The notes beneath the pieces are model-generated. The model saw only the letters and a list, made by a program, of their open reading frames with translations, did not search any database and was not told the origin of the DNA. DNA of 64,000 nucleotides from the sequence record PZ179882.1. The stretch is one strand, 5' to 3'. Positions 13,452 through 23,116 of the stretch are shown one piece after another (positions within the stretch are counted from its first letter, which is position 1; every line of letters starts with the position of its first letter). Position numbers and translations under genes: made by a program. This stretch comes from a phage.

Positions 13452-14870
13452 TTATGGATAGGTATAGATGATACCAGTTTCTAAAGCAGTTTTATGAATG
13501 ATGTATCCATTACGCGATTCTTGAACATCAACTTCTGGATAGTCTTTCATCATCTTCTGAAGAGTGTAACGATGCAGGTAGTATTTACTATCTGGATCTT
13601 CAGTTTTCCAATCTTTACCTTCTTCGGTCATTTTTTGGATTTCATCCATAACCCACCAACCGCACCAGATATAAGCTGAAGTACGATGTGGAAGAGGATG
13701 AACATAAGGCAATTCACCTTCTGGTTCCGGAGCAACTTTATCAGTCACTTGAACTTGACCTGTGGCTTTAACTGTTTTACTATCATAGTCAGTTGCTGTA
13801 ACGACAGCAGTAACTTCAATAGTTTGACTTCCAATAGATGAGGTATCAACAGTATATACGTTAGTTGACCCTTCTACAGGAGAAGAATCTTTCTTCCATG
13901 AGTAAGTAATTTGTGCTGCTTCAGGTGCGCCAGTAACATTAGCAGTAAATGTAGCCGAAGCATCTTGCTGAACATTAATAGAAGGAGGAGTCAATGTAAC
14001 CTGTGGATTCATTGTCTTCTTATTAACCGTTAATGATACTTCATTAGAAGTAACTGTTTTTGCGTCGTAATCCGTTGCTGTTACTTGGGCTATACATTTA
14101 ATTTTTTTAACTCCAGCCACAGTTGGAGTATAGTTAAATGTAGAGTTAGTTTCTCCACCAACTTGTGAATCATCTACATACCACTGATACGTAGCAGACG
14201 CTCCATCAGGTTGAGAAGCTAATGCAGCAGTAAATTGAACCGGGTTTCCAATTACTCCAGCAGCAGGACTAGCAGGAGTTACTGCCAAGGTAGTTGTCTG
14301 CGTCTTTTTATTAACCGTTAATGATACTTCATTAGAAGTAACTTCCTTTGCATCATAATCTGTCGCGGTTACTTGAGCTACACACTTAATTGTTTTAACT
14401 CCGCTTGTGGAAGGAGTGTAATTGAATGTAGCAGAAGTTGCTTCGCTCACAGGAGAACCGTCAACGTACCATTGATACGTAGCAGATGCACCTGGTGGCT
14501 GTGAAGCTAAGGCAGCGGTAAATTCAATTGGAGTTCCAATCACTCCAGCATCAGGGCTACCAGGAGTTACAGCTAAGGTAGTTGTCTGTGTCTTATTTTG
14601 AACTGTGATAGTTGTACTAATTTCAGCTGTTTCAGCATCAGTATCTGGAACTGTGTTTGTTGCAACTACTTTAATAGTCTTTTGACCGGCAGGTCCTTTT
14701 AGTACATAACTAAAAGTTGCTTCAGCTCCATCTTGTGGAACATCATCTACAGTCCAAGCATAGGTAATAGTTCCACCTCCAGTTTCACCACTGGGTGTAG
14801 CAGTAAACTGCTGAGTCTGATCTATAACTCCAGTAGGTGTTTTAGGAGTTATATCAACTGTAAAAGCCAT
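13452..14870 (-). CDS. hoc: Highly immunogenic outer capsid protein Hoc, 472 aa with an extra tandem Ig-like domain
   Basis: C-terminal capsid-binding region (YVHPLPHRTSAYIWCGWW...) matches T4 Hoc as recalled; two roughly 88%-identical 96-aa Ig-like repeats. Confidence 0.9.
   Translation of the reverse strand: MAFTVDITPKTPTGVIDQTQQFTATPSGETGGGTITYAWTVDDVPQDGAEATFSYVLKGPAGQKTIKVVATNTVPDTDAETAEISTTITVQNKTQTTTLAVTPGSPDAGVIGTPIEFTAALASQPPGASATYQWYVDGSPVSEATSATFNYTPSTSGVKTIKCVAQVTATDYDAKEVTSNEVSLTVNKKTQTTTLAVTPASPAAGVIGNPVQFTAALASQPDGASATYQWYVDDSQVGGETNSTFNYTPTVAGVKKIKCIAQVTATDYDAKTVTSNEVSLTVNKKTMNPQVTLTPPSINVQQDASATFTANVTGAPEAAQITYSWKKDSSPVEGSTNVYTVDTSSIGSQTIEVTAVVTATDYDSKTVKATGQVQVTDKVAPEPEGELPYVHPLPHRTSAYIWCGWWVMDEIQKMTEEGKDWKTEDPDSKYYLHRYTLQKMMKDYPEVDVQESRNGYIIHKTALETGIIYTYP
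14019..14594 (-). repeat. Tandem in-frame 288-bp duplication (two copies) inside hoc encoding an Ig-like domain
   Basis: DNA segment TATTAACCGTTAATGATACTTCATTAGAAGTAAC recurs at 14021 and 14309 (offset 288 nt); protein repeat TQTTTLAVTP...SLTVNKK occurs twice. Confidence 0.85.
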
Positions 14871-14879
14871 AAGTTATCC

Positions 14880-15560
14880 TTATTTTAATGTTACGAAAGA
14901 AGAATTGCGTGTTTCACGAATTAGAACTGATCCGTCACGATTAATGTAGTAAATTAAGCTAAATAAAGTTTGGTGTGCCGACGCGTGTTCAAAACTAGTT
15001 GGGTGAGATTTCCAATCCGGAGTTTCAGCGATCCATTGATAAATCCACCAAGGAACCGTGCAAAATCCTGGATTTTTTCCAATCAGCTGAAGATTCGGAC
15101 TAAAGTTTTCCGGAAGAGTAAATACAGACGGCTTTTCAGATTCAATAATCTCAGCTACAGCCTGTTCGAATTTTTCTTCAACAAAAGGAGTATCTTCAAT
15201 CAAAACATTGGTATTTTCAGGAATTTTATCCGTTTCTACTACTTCAATTTTAATGTCAGATTTAACCGGAGAATCAATCAGAAGTGCTGCTTCTGGATTG
15301 ACTTCTTCATCGTCATATTTTAACCCCTCTGCAGCATCAGCAGCATTGATTAAGTCTTTAATAGATAACCCATCAGTCTCTGGCATAGGTTCACTAGCGA
15401 GCTTCTGGAGGGCTTCTTCAATATCAATAACGATATTATCAAAAGATTTATTCTTTTTGACCTTTATACCAAACTGTTCAGCATATTCAGCTAATTTAGC
15501 CTTAGCTTCTTTATTATCATCAAGAGCCTTCAGCTCTGCAATATAATCTTTATCTATCAT
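14880..15560 (-). CDS. inh: Putative prohead protease inhibitor Inh
   Basis: 226-aa ORF directly upstream of hoc; T4 inh position. Confidence 0.7.
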   Translation of the reverse strand: MIDKDYIAELKALDDNKEAKAKLAEYAEQFGIKVKKNKSFDNIVIDIEEALQKLASEPMPETDGLSIKDLINAADAAEGLKYDDEEVNPEAALLIDSPVKSDIKIEVVETDKIPENTNVLIEDTPFVEEKFEQAVAEIIESEKPSVFTLPENFSPNLQLIGKNPGFCTVPWWIYQWIAETPDWKSHPTSFEHASAHQTLFSLIYYINRDGSVLIRETRNSSFVTLK

Positions 15561-15573
15561 AATATTTCCTCAG

Positions 15574-15581
15574 TATAAATA
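15574..15581 (+). promoter_or_regulatory. Late promoter TATAAATA upstream of the GIY-YIG endonuclease gene
   Basis: Exact TATAAATA 29 nt upstream of ATG 15610. Confidence 0.5.
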
Positions 15582-15609
15582 TAGATATATTTATTACTCG
15601 GAAAATAGT

Positions 15610-16227
15610 ATGTACCACTTTGTATATGAAACAACAAATCTAATAAATGGTAAAAAGTATATAGGAAAACACTCTACTGATGACTTGAATGATGGCTACC
15701 TTGGTTCCGGTAAGGCAATTCAGCAGGCTATAAAGAAATATGGTGAAAAGAATTTCTCTAGAACAATACTAAAAGAGTTTAAAACTTCCGAAGAAGCGTA
15801 CATGTATGAAGAAGAAATTATAACTCCTGAACTAATAAAAAGCAAAAATTATTATAATATGAAACCTGGTGGAATTGGTGGAATTGTTATGACTGCAGAG
15901 GTTATAGCAAAGATGAAAGAATCTTCCGCTAAGAGATTTGAAAACTCACCGGGCACGGTATTAGGTACAACTTGTTACACTAATGGAACTAAAAATATTT
16001 TTATTAAACCTGGAGAACTTGTTCCAGAAGGATTTGTAAAAGGGATGGTTCATCTTAATAGAAAGTCCAGAAAAGGATGTAAAGTCAAACCGACTACCAC
16101 AGGAACTTTTTGGGTCAATAATGGAGCAATAAATAAATTAATACAACCAGACGGTATTATTCCTGACGGATTTATTAAAGGTCGTCTCATGAAAAGAGAC
16201 TCTAAAGGCAAATTTAGTAAGGCATAA
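15610..16227 (+). CDS. GIY-YIG homing endonuclease (Seg family, T4 segD/segE-like locus between inh and uvsW)
   Basis: 205-aa ORF; GIY-YIG core FVYETTNLINGKKYIGKHS; basic C-terminal DNA-binding region. Confidence 0.85.
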   Translation: MYHFVYETTNLINGKKYIGKHSTDDLNDGYLGSGKAIQQAIKKYGEKNFSRTILKEFKTSEEAYMYEEEIITPELIKSKNYYNMKPGGIGGIVMTAEVIAKMKESSAKRFENSPGTVLGTTCYTNGTKNIFIKPGELVPEGFVKGMVHLNRKSRKGCKVKPTTTGTFWVNNGAINKLIQPDGIIPDGFIKGRLMKRDSKGKFSKA

Positions 16228-16229
16228 TT

Positions 16230-17738
16230 ATGGATATTAAAGTACATTTTCACGACTTCAGTCATGTACGCATCGATTGTGAAGAGAGCACGTTCCACGA
16301 ATTAAGAGATTTCTTTTCGTTTGAGGCCGATGGATATAGGTTTAATCCTCGCTTCAGATATGGCAACTGGGATGGACGAATCCGTCTTTTAGATTATAAT
16401 CGCCTTCTTCCATTCGGCTTAGTCGGGCAAATTAAAAAGTTCTGTGATAATTTTGGCTATAAAGCCTGGATTGACCCACAAATTAACGAAAAAGAAGAAT
16501 TATCAAGAAAAGATTTTGATGAATGGCTTTCTAAATTAGAAATCTATTCAGGAAATAAAAGAATTGAACCACACTGGTATCAAAAAGATGCAGTGTTCGA
16601 AGGATTAGTTAATCGTCGTAGAATTCTTAATCTTCCAACATCCGCAGGTAAATCTTTAATTCAAGCTTTGCTTGCACGTTATTATTTGGAAAATTATGAA
16701 GGTAAAATTCTTATCATTGTTCCAACAACTGCTCTGACAACTCAGATGGCTGATGACTTTGTTGACTATCGTTTATTCAGTCATGCAATGATAAAGAAAA
16801 TCGGCGGCGGAGCATCAAAAGATGATAAATATAAAAATGATGCACCGGTAATTGTTGGTACATGGCAAACTGTAGTAAAACAACCAAAAGAATGGTTTTC
16901 ACAATTTGGAATGATGATGAATGATGAATGCCATCTTGCTACAGGAAAAAGTATTTCATCTATCATATCAGGTTTAAATAACTGCATGTTCAAATTTGGT
17001 CTATCGGGTTCATTACGTGATGGCAAAGCTAATATCATGCAGTATGTTGGAATGTTTGGTGAAATATTTAAGCCAGTAACGACTTCTAAATTGATGGAAG
17101 ATGGACAAGTAACTGAGCTAAAAATTAATAGTATTTTTCTTCGCTATCCCGATGAGTTCACTACTAAATTAAAGGGAAAAACTTACCAAGAAGAAATAAA
17201 AATTATTACTGGACTCAGTAAAAGAAATAAATGGATCGCTAAATTAGCTATTAAGCTTGCACAAAAAGATGAAAACGCTTTTGTCATGTTTAAACACGTA
17301 TCGCACGGTAAAGCTATTTTCGATTTAATTAAAAATGAATACGATAAAGTTTATTACGTATCAGGGGAAGTTGATACCGAAACCCGCAACGTAATGAAAA
17401 CCTTAGCTGAAAACGGTAAAGGAATAATTATAGTAGCTAGTTATGGTGTATTTTCTACTGGTATTTCAGTTAAAAATCTGCATCACGTTGTTTTAGCGCA
17501 CGGTGTTAAATCTAAAATTATTGTATTGCAAACAATAGGTCGCGTATTACGTAAGCATGGTTCTAAAACAATCGCAACGGTCTGGGACCTCATAGATGAC
17601 GCGGGCGTAGTTTCTAAATCAAAAACATCTTCCAAAAAATACTCGCATTTAAACTATCTTTTAAAACATGGACTTGATCGTATTCAGCGTTATGCTGATG
17701 AGAAGTTTAATTATGTGATGAAAGAGGTTAAACTTTGA
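16230..17738 (+). CDS. uvsW: UvsW SF2 DNA/RNA helicase
   Basis: 502-aa ORF; Walker A PTSAGKS, DExH-like NDECH; matches T4 UvsW as recalled. Confidence 0.95.
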   Translation: MDIKVHFHDFSHVRIDCEESTFHELRDFFSFEADGYRFNPRFRYGNWDGRIRLLDYNRLLPFGLVGQIKKFCDNFGYKAWIDPQINEKEELSRKDFDEWLSKLEIYSGNKRIEPHWYQKDAVFEGLVNRRRILNLPTSAGKSLIQALLARYYLENYEGKILIIVPTTALTTQMADDFVDYRLFSHAMIKKIGGGASKDDKYKNDAPVIVGTWQTVVKQPKEWFSQFGMMMNDECHLATGKSISSIISGLNNCMFKFGLSGSLRDGKANIMQYVGMFGEIFKPVTTSKLMEDGQVTELKINSIFLRYPDEFTTKLKGKTYQEEIKIITGLSKRNKWIAKLAIKLAQKDENAFVMFKHVSHGKAIFDLIKNEYDKVYYVSGEVDTETRNVMKTLAENGKGIIIVASYGVFSTGISVKNLHHVVLAHGVKSKIIVLQTIGRVLRKHGSKTIATVWDLIDDAGVVSKSKTSSKKYSHLNYLLKHGLDRIQRYADEKFNYVMKEVKL

Positions 17739-18427
17739 ATTATAAATTAATATACGATAATTTAATTAATAGAGCCCAGAATCGGGCTCGCCTTAATGGA
17801 TACACTGAAACTCATCATATAATTCCTAGATGTATGGGCGGTACAGATGATAAGTGTAATTTGGTAGAACTAACAGCTGAAGAGCATTTTATAGCTCATA
17901 AACTTTTAGCTAAAATTCATCCAAACCATTACGGTATAATTAAAGCCGTTATATGTATGGGGATGAATTCAAAGACTCATGAAAGACACGTTAATAAATC
18001 TTACGCCTGGGAACGTCGTAAAATGGCAGAACTTCAATCAGGTGAAGGTAATCCATTTTACGGAAAACACCATACGGAAGAACATAAACAATATATGTCA
18101 AAACTCATGAAAAATCGTCCAATTACGTGGGGAAGTAAAATTAGTAAAACTAAAAGAATGAACCCAACAAAATGGACTGAAGAAGCTAAAAGATTGCATT
18201 CTATCAATCAATCAGGTAAAAATAATGGCATGTATGGAAGGAAACATTCCGCTAAATCTATTCAGAAAATTAAAGATAACATGCCAGATAATTCAGGAGC
18301 TAATAACCCAGCTGCTAAACCTATAGAAGTAAATGGTGTTAAGTATAAATGCATGAAAGATGCTTCTAAAGCTACTGGATTATCAATGTACAAACTAAGA
18401 ATACTTAGAAAAACAGTTAATTTATAA
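17735..18427 (+). CDS. HNH homing endonuclease with NUMOD3-like repeats
   Basis: 230-aa ORF; HNH_3-type motif ETHHIIPRCMGG...NLVELTAEEHFIAH; repeats GNPFYGKHHTEEHK and GKNNGMYGRKHSAKS; TTG start overlapping the uvsW stop (TTGA) with GAGG RBS at 17724. Confidence 0.8.
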   Translation: MNYKLIYDNLINRAQNRARLNGYTETHHIIPRCMGGTDDKCNLVELTAEEHFIAHKLLAKIHPNHYGIIKAVICMGMNSKTHERHVNKSYAWERRKMAELQSGEGNPFYGKHHTEEHKQYMSKLMKNRPITWGSKISKTKRMNPTKWTEEAKRLHSINQSGKNNGMYGRKHSAKSIQKIKDNMPDNSGANNPAAKPIEVNGVKYKCMKDASKATGLSMYKLRILRKTVNL

Positions 18428-18440
18428 GGGCTTCGGCCCT

Positions 18441-18683
18441 TTGGAGAAAAAGATGTTACTAGAATTTAAACAATTTCTTTATGAAGCTTCTATTGATGAA
18501 TTTATGGGTAAAATTGCCTCTTGTCAAACAATAGAAGGTCTAGAAGAACTTGAAGCTTATTATAAGAAAAGAGTTAAAGAAACTGAATTAAAAGATACTG
18601 ATGACATCTCTGTGAGAGATGCTTTGGCAGGAAAAAGAGCTGAATTAGAAGATTCAGACGATGAAGTAGAAGAAAGCTTTTAA
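18441..18683 (+). CDS. uvsW.1: UvsW.1-like small acidic protein
   Basis: 80-aa ORF following the uvsW locus; T4 uvsW.1 position. Confidence 0.7.
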   Translation: MEKKMLLEFKQFLYEASIDEFMGKIASCQTIEGLEELEAYYKKRVKETELKDTDDISVRDALAGKRAELEDSDDEVEESF

Positions 18684-18738
18684 ATTAAAAAAGGCCCAAC
18701 CAAAAAGGAAGGGCCAAAACTATAGACTAAAGGTCACA

Positions 18739-18906
18739 CTATAGCAAAAGTTGTGTTTCATTTAATTGTTCTTCAGAACTTTCTGAAACTGGTAGTTCTT
18801 TAATGTAATTATAACAAGGCCCAGGATGTACAGGACCTTTGTCTGTTTCAACAACCAATGCAGAATCGATTGGAGTTTTACAGACAACACAAATCTTATC
18901 TGACAT
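18739..18906 (-). CDS. Small Cys-containing protein (T4 uvsY.-2 position)
   Basis: 55-codon minus-strand ORF not in the ORF track (MSDKICVVCKTPIDS...); GAGGAGA RBS; TATAAATA on minus strand at about 18931-18940. Confidence 0.5.
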   Translation of the reverse strand: MSDKICVVCKTPIDSALVVETDKGPVHPGPCYNYIKELPVSESSEEQLNETQLLL

Positions 18907-18934
18907 GATTGTCTCCTCTAAATTATATATCTAT

Positions 18935-19159
18935 TTATATAACTCTCATATGCATATCAATGCCCATATCTTTAGAATAAAAATATTCATCAAGATATCC
19001 GGCAAATTTTCCTTTAATATAAAGTACATCTTCACCGCATGGGTGGTCAGCCAGGATACGAATATCCTGACGCTTGAGATTATACTTTTTCATTAAGAAT
19101 TGAATTTCCGTTTCGAATTCTTCTTCATAATTAAAAGCATCATCAATGCTATATTTCAT
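18935..19159 (-). CDS. Hypothetical protein (T4 uvsY.-1 position)
   Basis: 74-aa ORF abutting the uvsY stop. Confidence 0.6.
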   Translation of the reverse strand: MKYSIDDAFNYEEEFETEIQFLMKKYNLKRQDIRILADHPCGEDVLYIKGKFAGYLDEYFYSKDMGIDMHMRVI

Positions 19160-19572
19160 TATTTTCCAGCCTCAAATGCTCGCATGTCTTGAATATGCTT
19201 AATAGCAAATCCACGTGATTTAATAGCATCAAGAGCTCCGCTACAGAAATCCAATAAAATTCCCCAATATTGTAATGAAGTATCAACTTTTAAAACATCC
19301 TTATCAGCTGATAGAACTGTCTTCATTTCTGATTTCTCGTAACGATCCATACTAAATTCATCACCATCTCCTCGTCCCGAGTAGTAGTCTAATTTAGCTT
19401 TAATAGCAACTTTTTTCTGTGCTTCAATTCTAAGCATTTCCTTTTTAATACTTGAATGCTTATTAAGCCATTTACTATATAACATCACATTATTAGCTGC
19501 TTCATACTGTAATTTAGTCGAATCTATAAACACATCTTTCTTCAATTCTTCTTGAAGATCTTCTAATCTCAT
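19159..19572 (-). CDS. uvsY: Recombination mediator protein UvsY
   Basis: 137-aa ORF; matches T4 UvsY as recalled. Confidence 0.9.
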   Translation of the reverse strand: MRLEDLQEELKKDVFIDSTKLQYEAANNVMLYSKWLNKHSSIKKEMLRIEAQKKVAIKAKLDYYSGRGDGDEFSMDRYEKSEMKTVLSADKDVLKVDTSLQYWGILLDFCSGALDAIKSRGFAIKHIQDMRAFEAGK

Positions 19573-19638
19573 ATTGTTCTCTATTCAATTGTTATTGGAT
19601 GGACTTAGATTCATTATACCACGTTTATACGTGAAGCA

Positions 19639-20037
19639 TTATACTCTGTTACTGGAAGCTAGTTGTAGTTTTATCTGCTCAATATCATCAGGGTTATCGA
19701 TGACTGAAAAGCGTATTTCTACTATAAGAGTATAATCATCATAAACTGGTATTACATTAACTGCTAATTTATCAATACGTGGCTCGTAGTTTCTTACTGC
19801 GCTTTCAATGTTACGCTCAACGGTATCAGCAGTAAGAGGAGTCATATTCTCAAAAAGCTGATCAGATAAATCGCATCCAAATTCTGGGTCAAAAGGTCTT
19901 GACCCTTTTCTGGTTGTAATAATTCCCAAAAGGCTATTTTTAATTGACCTTAATCCAAGAGATCTAGAAACATCTTTGTCCCAATCCATTTTCATTTCTG
20001 GGTCAATGTCAGAATAAAGCTTATTAATATTTGCCAT
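19639..20037 (-). CDS. 25: Baseplate wedge subunit
   Basis: 132-aa ORF; matches T4 gp25 as recalled. Confidence 0.9.
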   Translation of the reverse strand: MANINKLYSDIDPEMKMDWDKDVSRSLGLRSIKNSLLGIITTRKGSRPFDPEFGCDLSDQLFENMTPLTADTVERNIESAVRNYEPRIDKLAVNVIPVYDDYTLIVEIRFSVIDNPDDIEQIKLQLASSNRV

Positions 20038-20663
20038 TACAATAGCTCAAAGAATTCTTTGAGTCCTCTTATTACATGAGCGTGAGATTTTCCACACTCT
20101 GGACATTTAATTGGAACAGCCAAATAAACAGTAGGCTTTAAAAGCATATCTTTTATAGCTACAATATCTGACTCTGTGATGATAGAATATAAATCTTCCA
20201 ACTCTTTTTCATTTAAGTCTTCAATTGGAATGCTTTCTCCGTTAGCATGAATCGTTTCTATACATGATACTATCATGTGGGCTATATTTTTATCATCAAA
20301 AATTTTAGGGTAATGGAACTTAATTTTAATGTCACCCAGTGTATACCAGAGGTCTTCTGGTGCATCTATTTGTGTATGTAATAGATTTATATGGGTTGGT
20401 ATTTCAGTTCCACAGGTGCACTTCCAGGAGTTTTCGTGATTAACTTCTCCAAGAGAATGCGCCCATAAATGAATCAACAATAGTTCTGATTCTTGGCGGT
20501 TTAAATCTTTTGCATTTGTACAGTCTTTAATTAGCTTTTTAACGATCTCTTCTACTGAACCGTTCTTTTTAGCAGTAATAAGTTCTAGATATTCTTTGAG
20601 AGTAAATGCGCGACAGTTGATTATTTTAGAACCAACTCTCACATCAAATTTGTATTCATACAT
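20037..20663 (-). CDS. 26: Baseplate hub subunit
   Basis: 208-aa ORF; T4 gp26 position and length. Confidence 0.85.
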   Translation of the reverse strand: MYEYKFDVRVGSKIINCRAFTLKEYLELITAKKNGSVEEIVKKLIKDCTNAKDLNRQESELLLIHLWAHSLGEVNHENSWKCTCGTEIPTHINLLHTQIDAPEDLWYTLGDIKIKFHYPKIFDDKNIAHMIVSCIETIHANGESIPIEDLNEKELEDLYSIITESDIVAIKDMLLKPTVYLAVPIKCPECGKSHAHVIRGLKEFFELL

Positions 20664-20688
20664 ATTTAGCTCCTTTATTTATCATATT

Positions 20689-20696
20689 TATAAATA
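20689..20696 (+). promoter_or_regulatory. Late promoter TATAAATA for gene 51, with a divergent TATAAATA on the minus strand for gene 26
   Basis: TATTTATAAATAGA reads as TATAAATA on both strands between divergent genes 26 and 51. Confidence 0.5.
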
Positions 20697-20713
20697 GAAT
20701 AAAAGGAGCATCT

Positions 20714-21463
20714 ATGGCAAACATTATTCGTTGTAAATTACCAGATGGTGTTCATCGTTTTAAACCATTTACGGTAGAAGATTATCGAGATTTTTTGTTA
20801 GTTCGAAACGATATAGAACATCGGTCACCACAAGAACAAAAAGAAATAATTGCTGACTTAATTGCCGATTATTTTGGAGACTATCCGAAGACTTGGCAAC
20901 CATTTATATTTTTGCAGGTATTTGTAGGGTCAATAGGTAAAACTAAAGTACCTGTCACATTTGTATGTCCAAAATGTAAAAAAGAAAAGACAGTTCCATT
21001 TGAAATATATCAAAAAGAATTAAAGGAACCTGTTTTTGATGTAGCTAATGTTAAAATTAAATTAAAGTTTCCTTCTGAGTTTTATGAAAATAAAGCAAAG
21101 ATGATTACTGAAAATATTCATTCTGTTCAAGTAGATGAAACATGGTATGATTGGAAGGAAATTAGCGAATCAAGTCAAATAGAACTTGTTGATGCCATCG
21201 AGATAGAAACATTAGAAAAAATTCTTGATGCAATGAATCCTATTAATTTAACATTGCATATGTCCTGCTGTGATAAGTATGTAAAAAAATACACTGATAT
21301 AGTAGATGTGTTTAAGCTATTAGTCAACCCAGATGAGATATTTACTTTTTATCAAATTAATCACACACTCGTAAAAAGTAATTATAGCTTAAATTCAATA
21401 ATGAAAATGATTCCTGCCGAGCGCGGATTCGTATTAAAACTGATTGAGAAGGATAAACAATAA
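20714..21463 (+). CDS. 51: Baseplate hub assembly catalyst
   Basis: 249-aa ORF; T4 gp51 position and length. Confidence 0.85.
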   Translation: MANIIRCKLPDGVHRFKPFTVEDYRDFLLVRNDIEHRSPQEQKEIIADLIADYFGDYPKTWQPFIFLQVFVGSIGKTKVPVTFVCPKCKKEKTVPFEIYQKELKEPVFDVANVKIKLKFPSEFYENKAKMITENIHSVQVDETWYDWKEISESSQIELVDAIEIETLEKILDAMNPINLTLHMSCCDKYVKKYTDIVDVFKLLVNPDEIFTFYQINHTLVKSNYSLNSIMKMIPAERGFVLKLIEKDKQ

Positions 21464-22638
21464 TGAGTATGTTGCAACGCCCAGGATATCCAAATCTCAG
21501 CGTTAAATTATTTGATAGCTACGACGCTTGGAGTAATAATAGATTTGTTGAATTAGCTGCTACTATTACCACATTAACTATGCGGGATTCTCTTTATGGC
21601 CGAAATGAAGGAATGCTGCAGTTTTATGATTCTAAAAATATCCATACAAAAATGGATGGAAATGAAATAATTCAGATTTCTGTAGCTAATGCAAACGATA
21701 TTAATAATGTTAAAACAAGAATTTATGGATGTAAGCATTTTTCTGTGTCAGTAGATTCAAAGGGTGATAACATCATTGCTATTGAATTGGGAACTATTCA
21801 TTCTATAGAAAATCTTAAATTTGGCAGACCGTTTTTTCCTGATGCAGGTGAATCTATAAAGGAAATGCTTGGTGTCATTTATCAAGACCGCACGCTATTA
21901 ACTCCAGCGATAAATGCTATAAATGCTTATGTTCCTGATATTCCGTGGACTAGTACATTTGAAAACTATTTGTCATATGTCAGAGAAGTTGCTCTAGCTG
22001 TAGGAAGTGACAAATTTGTATTTGTGTGGCAAGACATCATGGGAGTTAACATGATGGACTATGATATGATGATAAATCAAGAACCGTATCCAATGATTGT
22101 CGGTGAGCCATCTTTAATAGGTCAATTCATCCAAGAATTAAAATATCCATTAGCATATGATTTCGTTTGGTTGACTAAATCGAATCCTCACAAACGCGAC
22201 CCAATGAAAAACGCTACTATCTACGCGCATTCATTTTTAGATTCTTCATTGCCAATGATTACTACAGGAAAAGGAGAAAACTCTATTGTAGTGTCAAGGT
22301 CAGGTGCTTATTCTGAAATGACTTATAGGAATGGATATGAAGAAGCTATTCGTCTTCAAACTATGGCGCAATACGATGGCTATGCTAAATGTTCTACTGT
22401 CGGTAATTTTAACTTGACACCTGGCGTTAAAATTATTTTTAATGATAGTAAAAACCAATTTAAAACAGAATTTTACGTTGATGAAGTCATCCATGAATTA
22501 TCCAATAATAATTCAGTAACTCATCTATATATGTTCACTAATGCAACGAAACTGGAAACAATAGACCCAGTTAAGGTTAAAAATGAATTTAAATCTGATA
22601 CTACCACTGAAGAAAGTAGTTCTTCCAATAAGCAATAA
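21463..22638 (+). CDS. 27: Baseplate hub subunit
   Basis: 391-aa ORF; T4 gp27 position and length. Confidence 0.9.
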   Translation: MSMLQRPGYPNLSVKLFDSYDAWSNNRFVELAATITTLTMRDSLYGRNEGMLQFYDSKNIHTKMDGNEIIQISVANANDINNVKTRIYGCKHFSVSVDSKGDNIIAIELGTIHSIENLKFGRPFFPDAGESIKEMLGVIYQDRTLLTPAINAINAYVPDIPWTSTFENYLSYVREVALAVGSDKFVFVWQDIMGVNMMDYDMMINQEPYPMIVGEPSLIGQFIQELKYPLAYDFVWLTKSNPHKRDPMKNATIYAHSFLDSSLPMITTGKGENSIVVSRSGAYSEMTYRNGYEEAIRLQTMAQYDGYAKCSTVGNFNLTPGVKIIFNDSKNQFKTEFYVDEVIHELSNNNSVTHLYMFTNATKLETIDPVKVKNEFKSDTTTEESSSSNKQ

Positions 22639-23116
22639 AGAAGTTTCTATTCCTAAAATGGGTCTTAAACATTATAACATTTTAAAAGATGTTAAAGGTC
22701 CTGATGAAAATTTAAAACTTCTTATTGATTCTATTTGTCCGAATTTATCACCGGCAGAAGTTGATTTCGTTTCTATTCATTTATTGGAATTTAATGGAAA
22801 GATTAAATCTCGTAAAGAAATAGATGGTTATACTTATGACATTAATGATGTTTATGTATGCCAAAGATTGGAATTTCAATACCAAGGAAATACATTTTAT
22901 TTTAGACCTCCTGGAAAATTTGAACAATTTTTAACTGTGAGCGATATGTTATCCAAATGCTTGCTTAAGGTCAATGATGAAGTTAAAGAAATTAATTTTC
23001 TTGAGATGCCAGCATTCGTTTTAAAATGGGCAAATGACATTTTTACAACTTTAGCAATTCCTGGCCCTAATGGTCCAATAACTGGAATTGGCAATATTAT
23101 TGGATTATTTGAATGA
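22583..23116 (+). CDS. 28: Baseplate hub distal subunit
   Basis: 177-aa ORF overlapping the gene 27 end; T4 gp28 position and length. Confidence 0.85.
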   Translation: MNLNLILPLKKVVLPISNKEVSIPKMGLKHYNILKDVKGPDENLKLLIDSICPNLSPAEVDFVSIHLLEFNGKIKSRKEIDGYTYDINDVYVCQRLEFQYQGNTFYFRPPGKFEQFLTVSDMLSKCLLKVNDEVKEINFLEMPAFVLKWANDIFTTLAIPGPNGPITGIGNIIGLFE

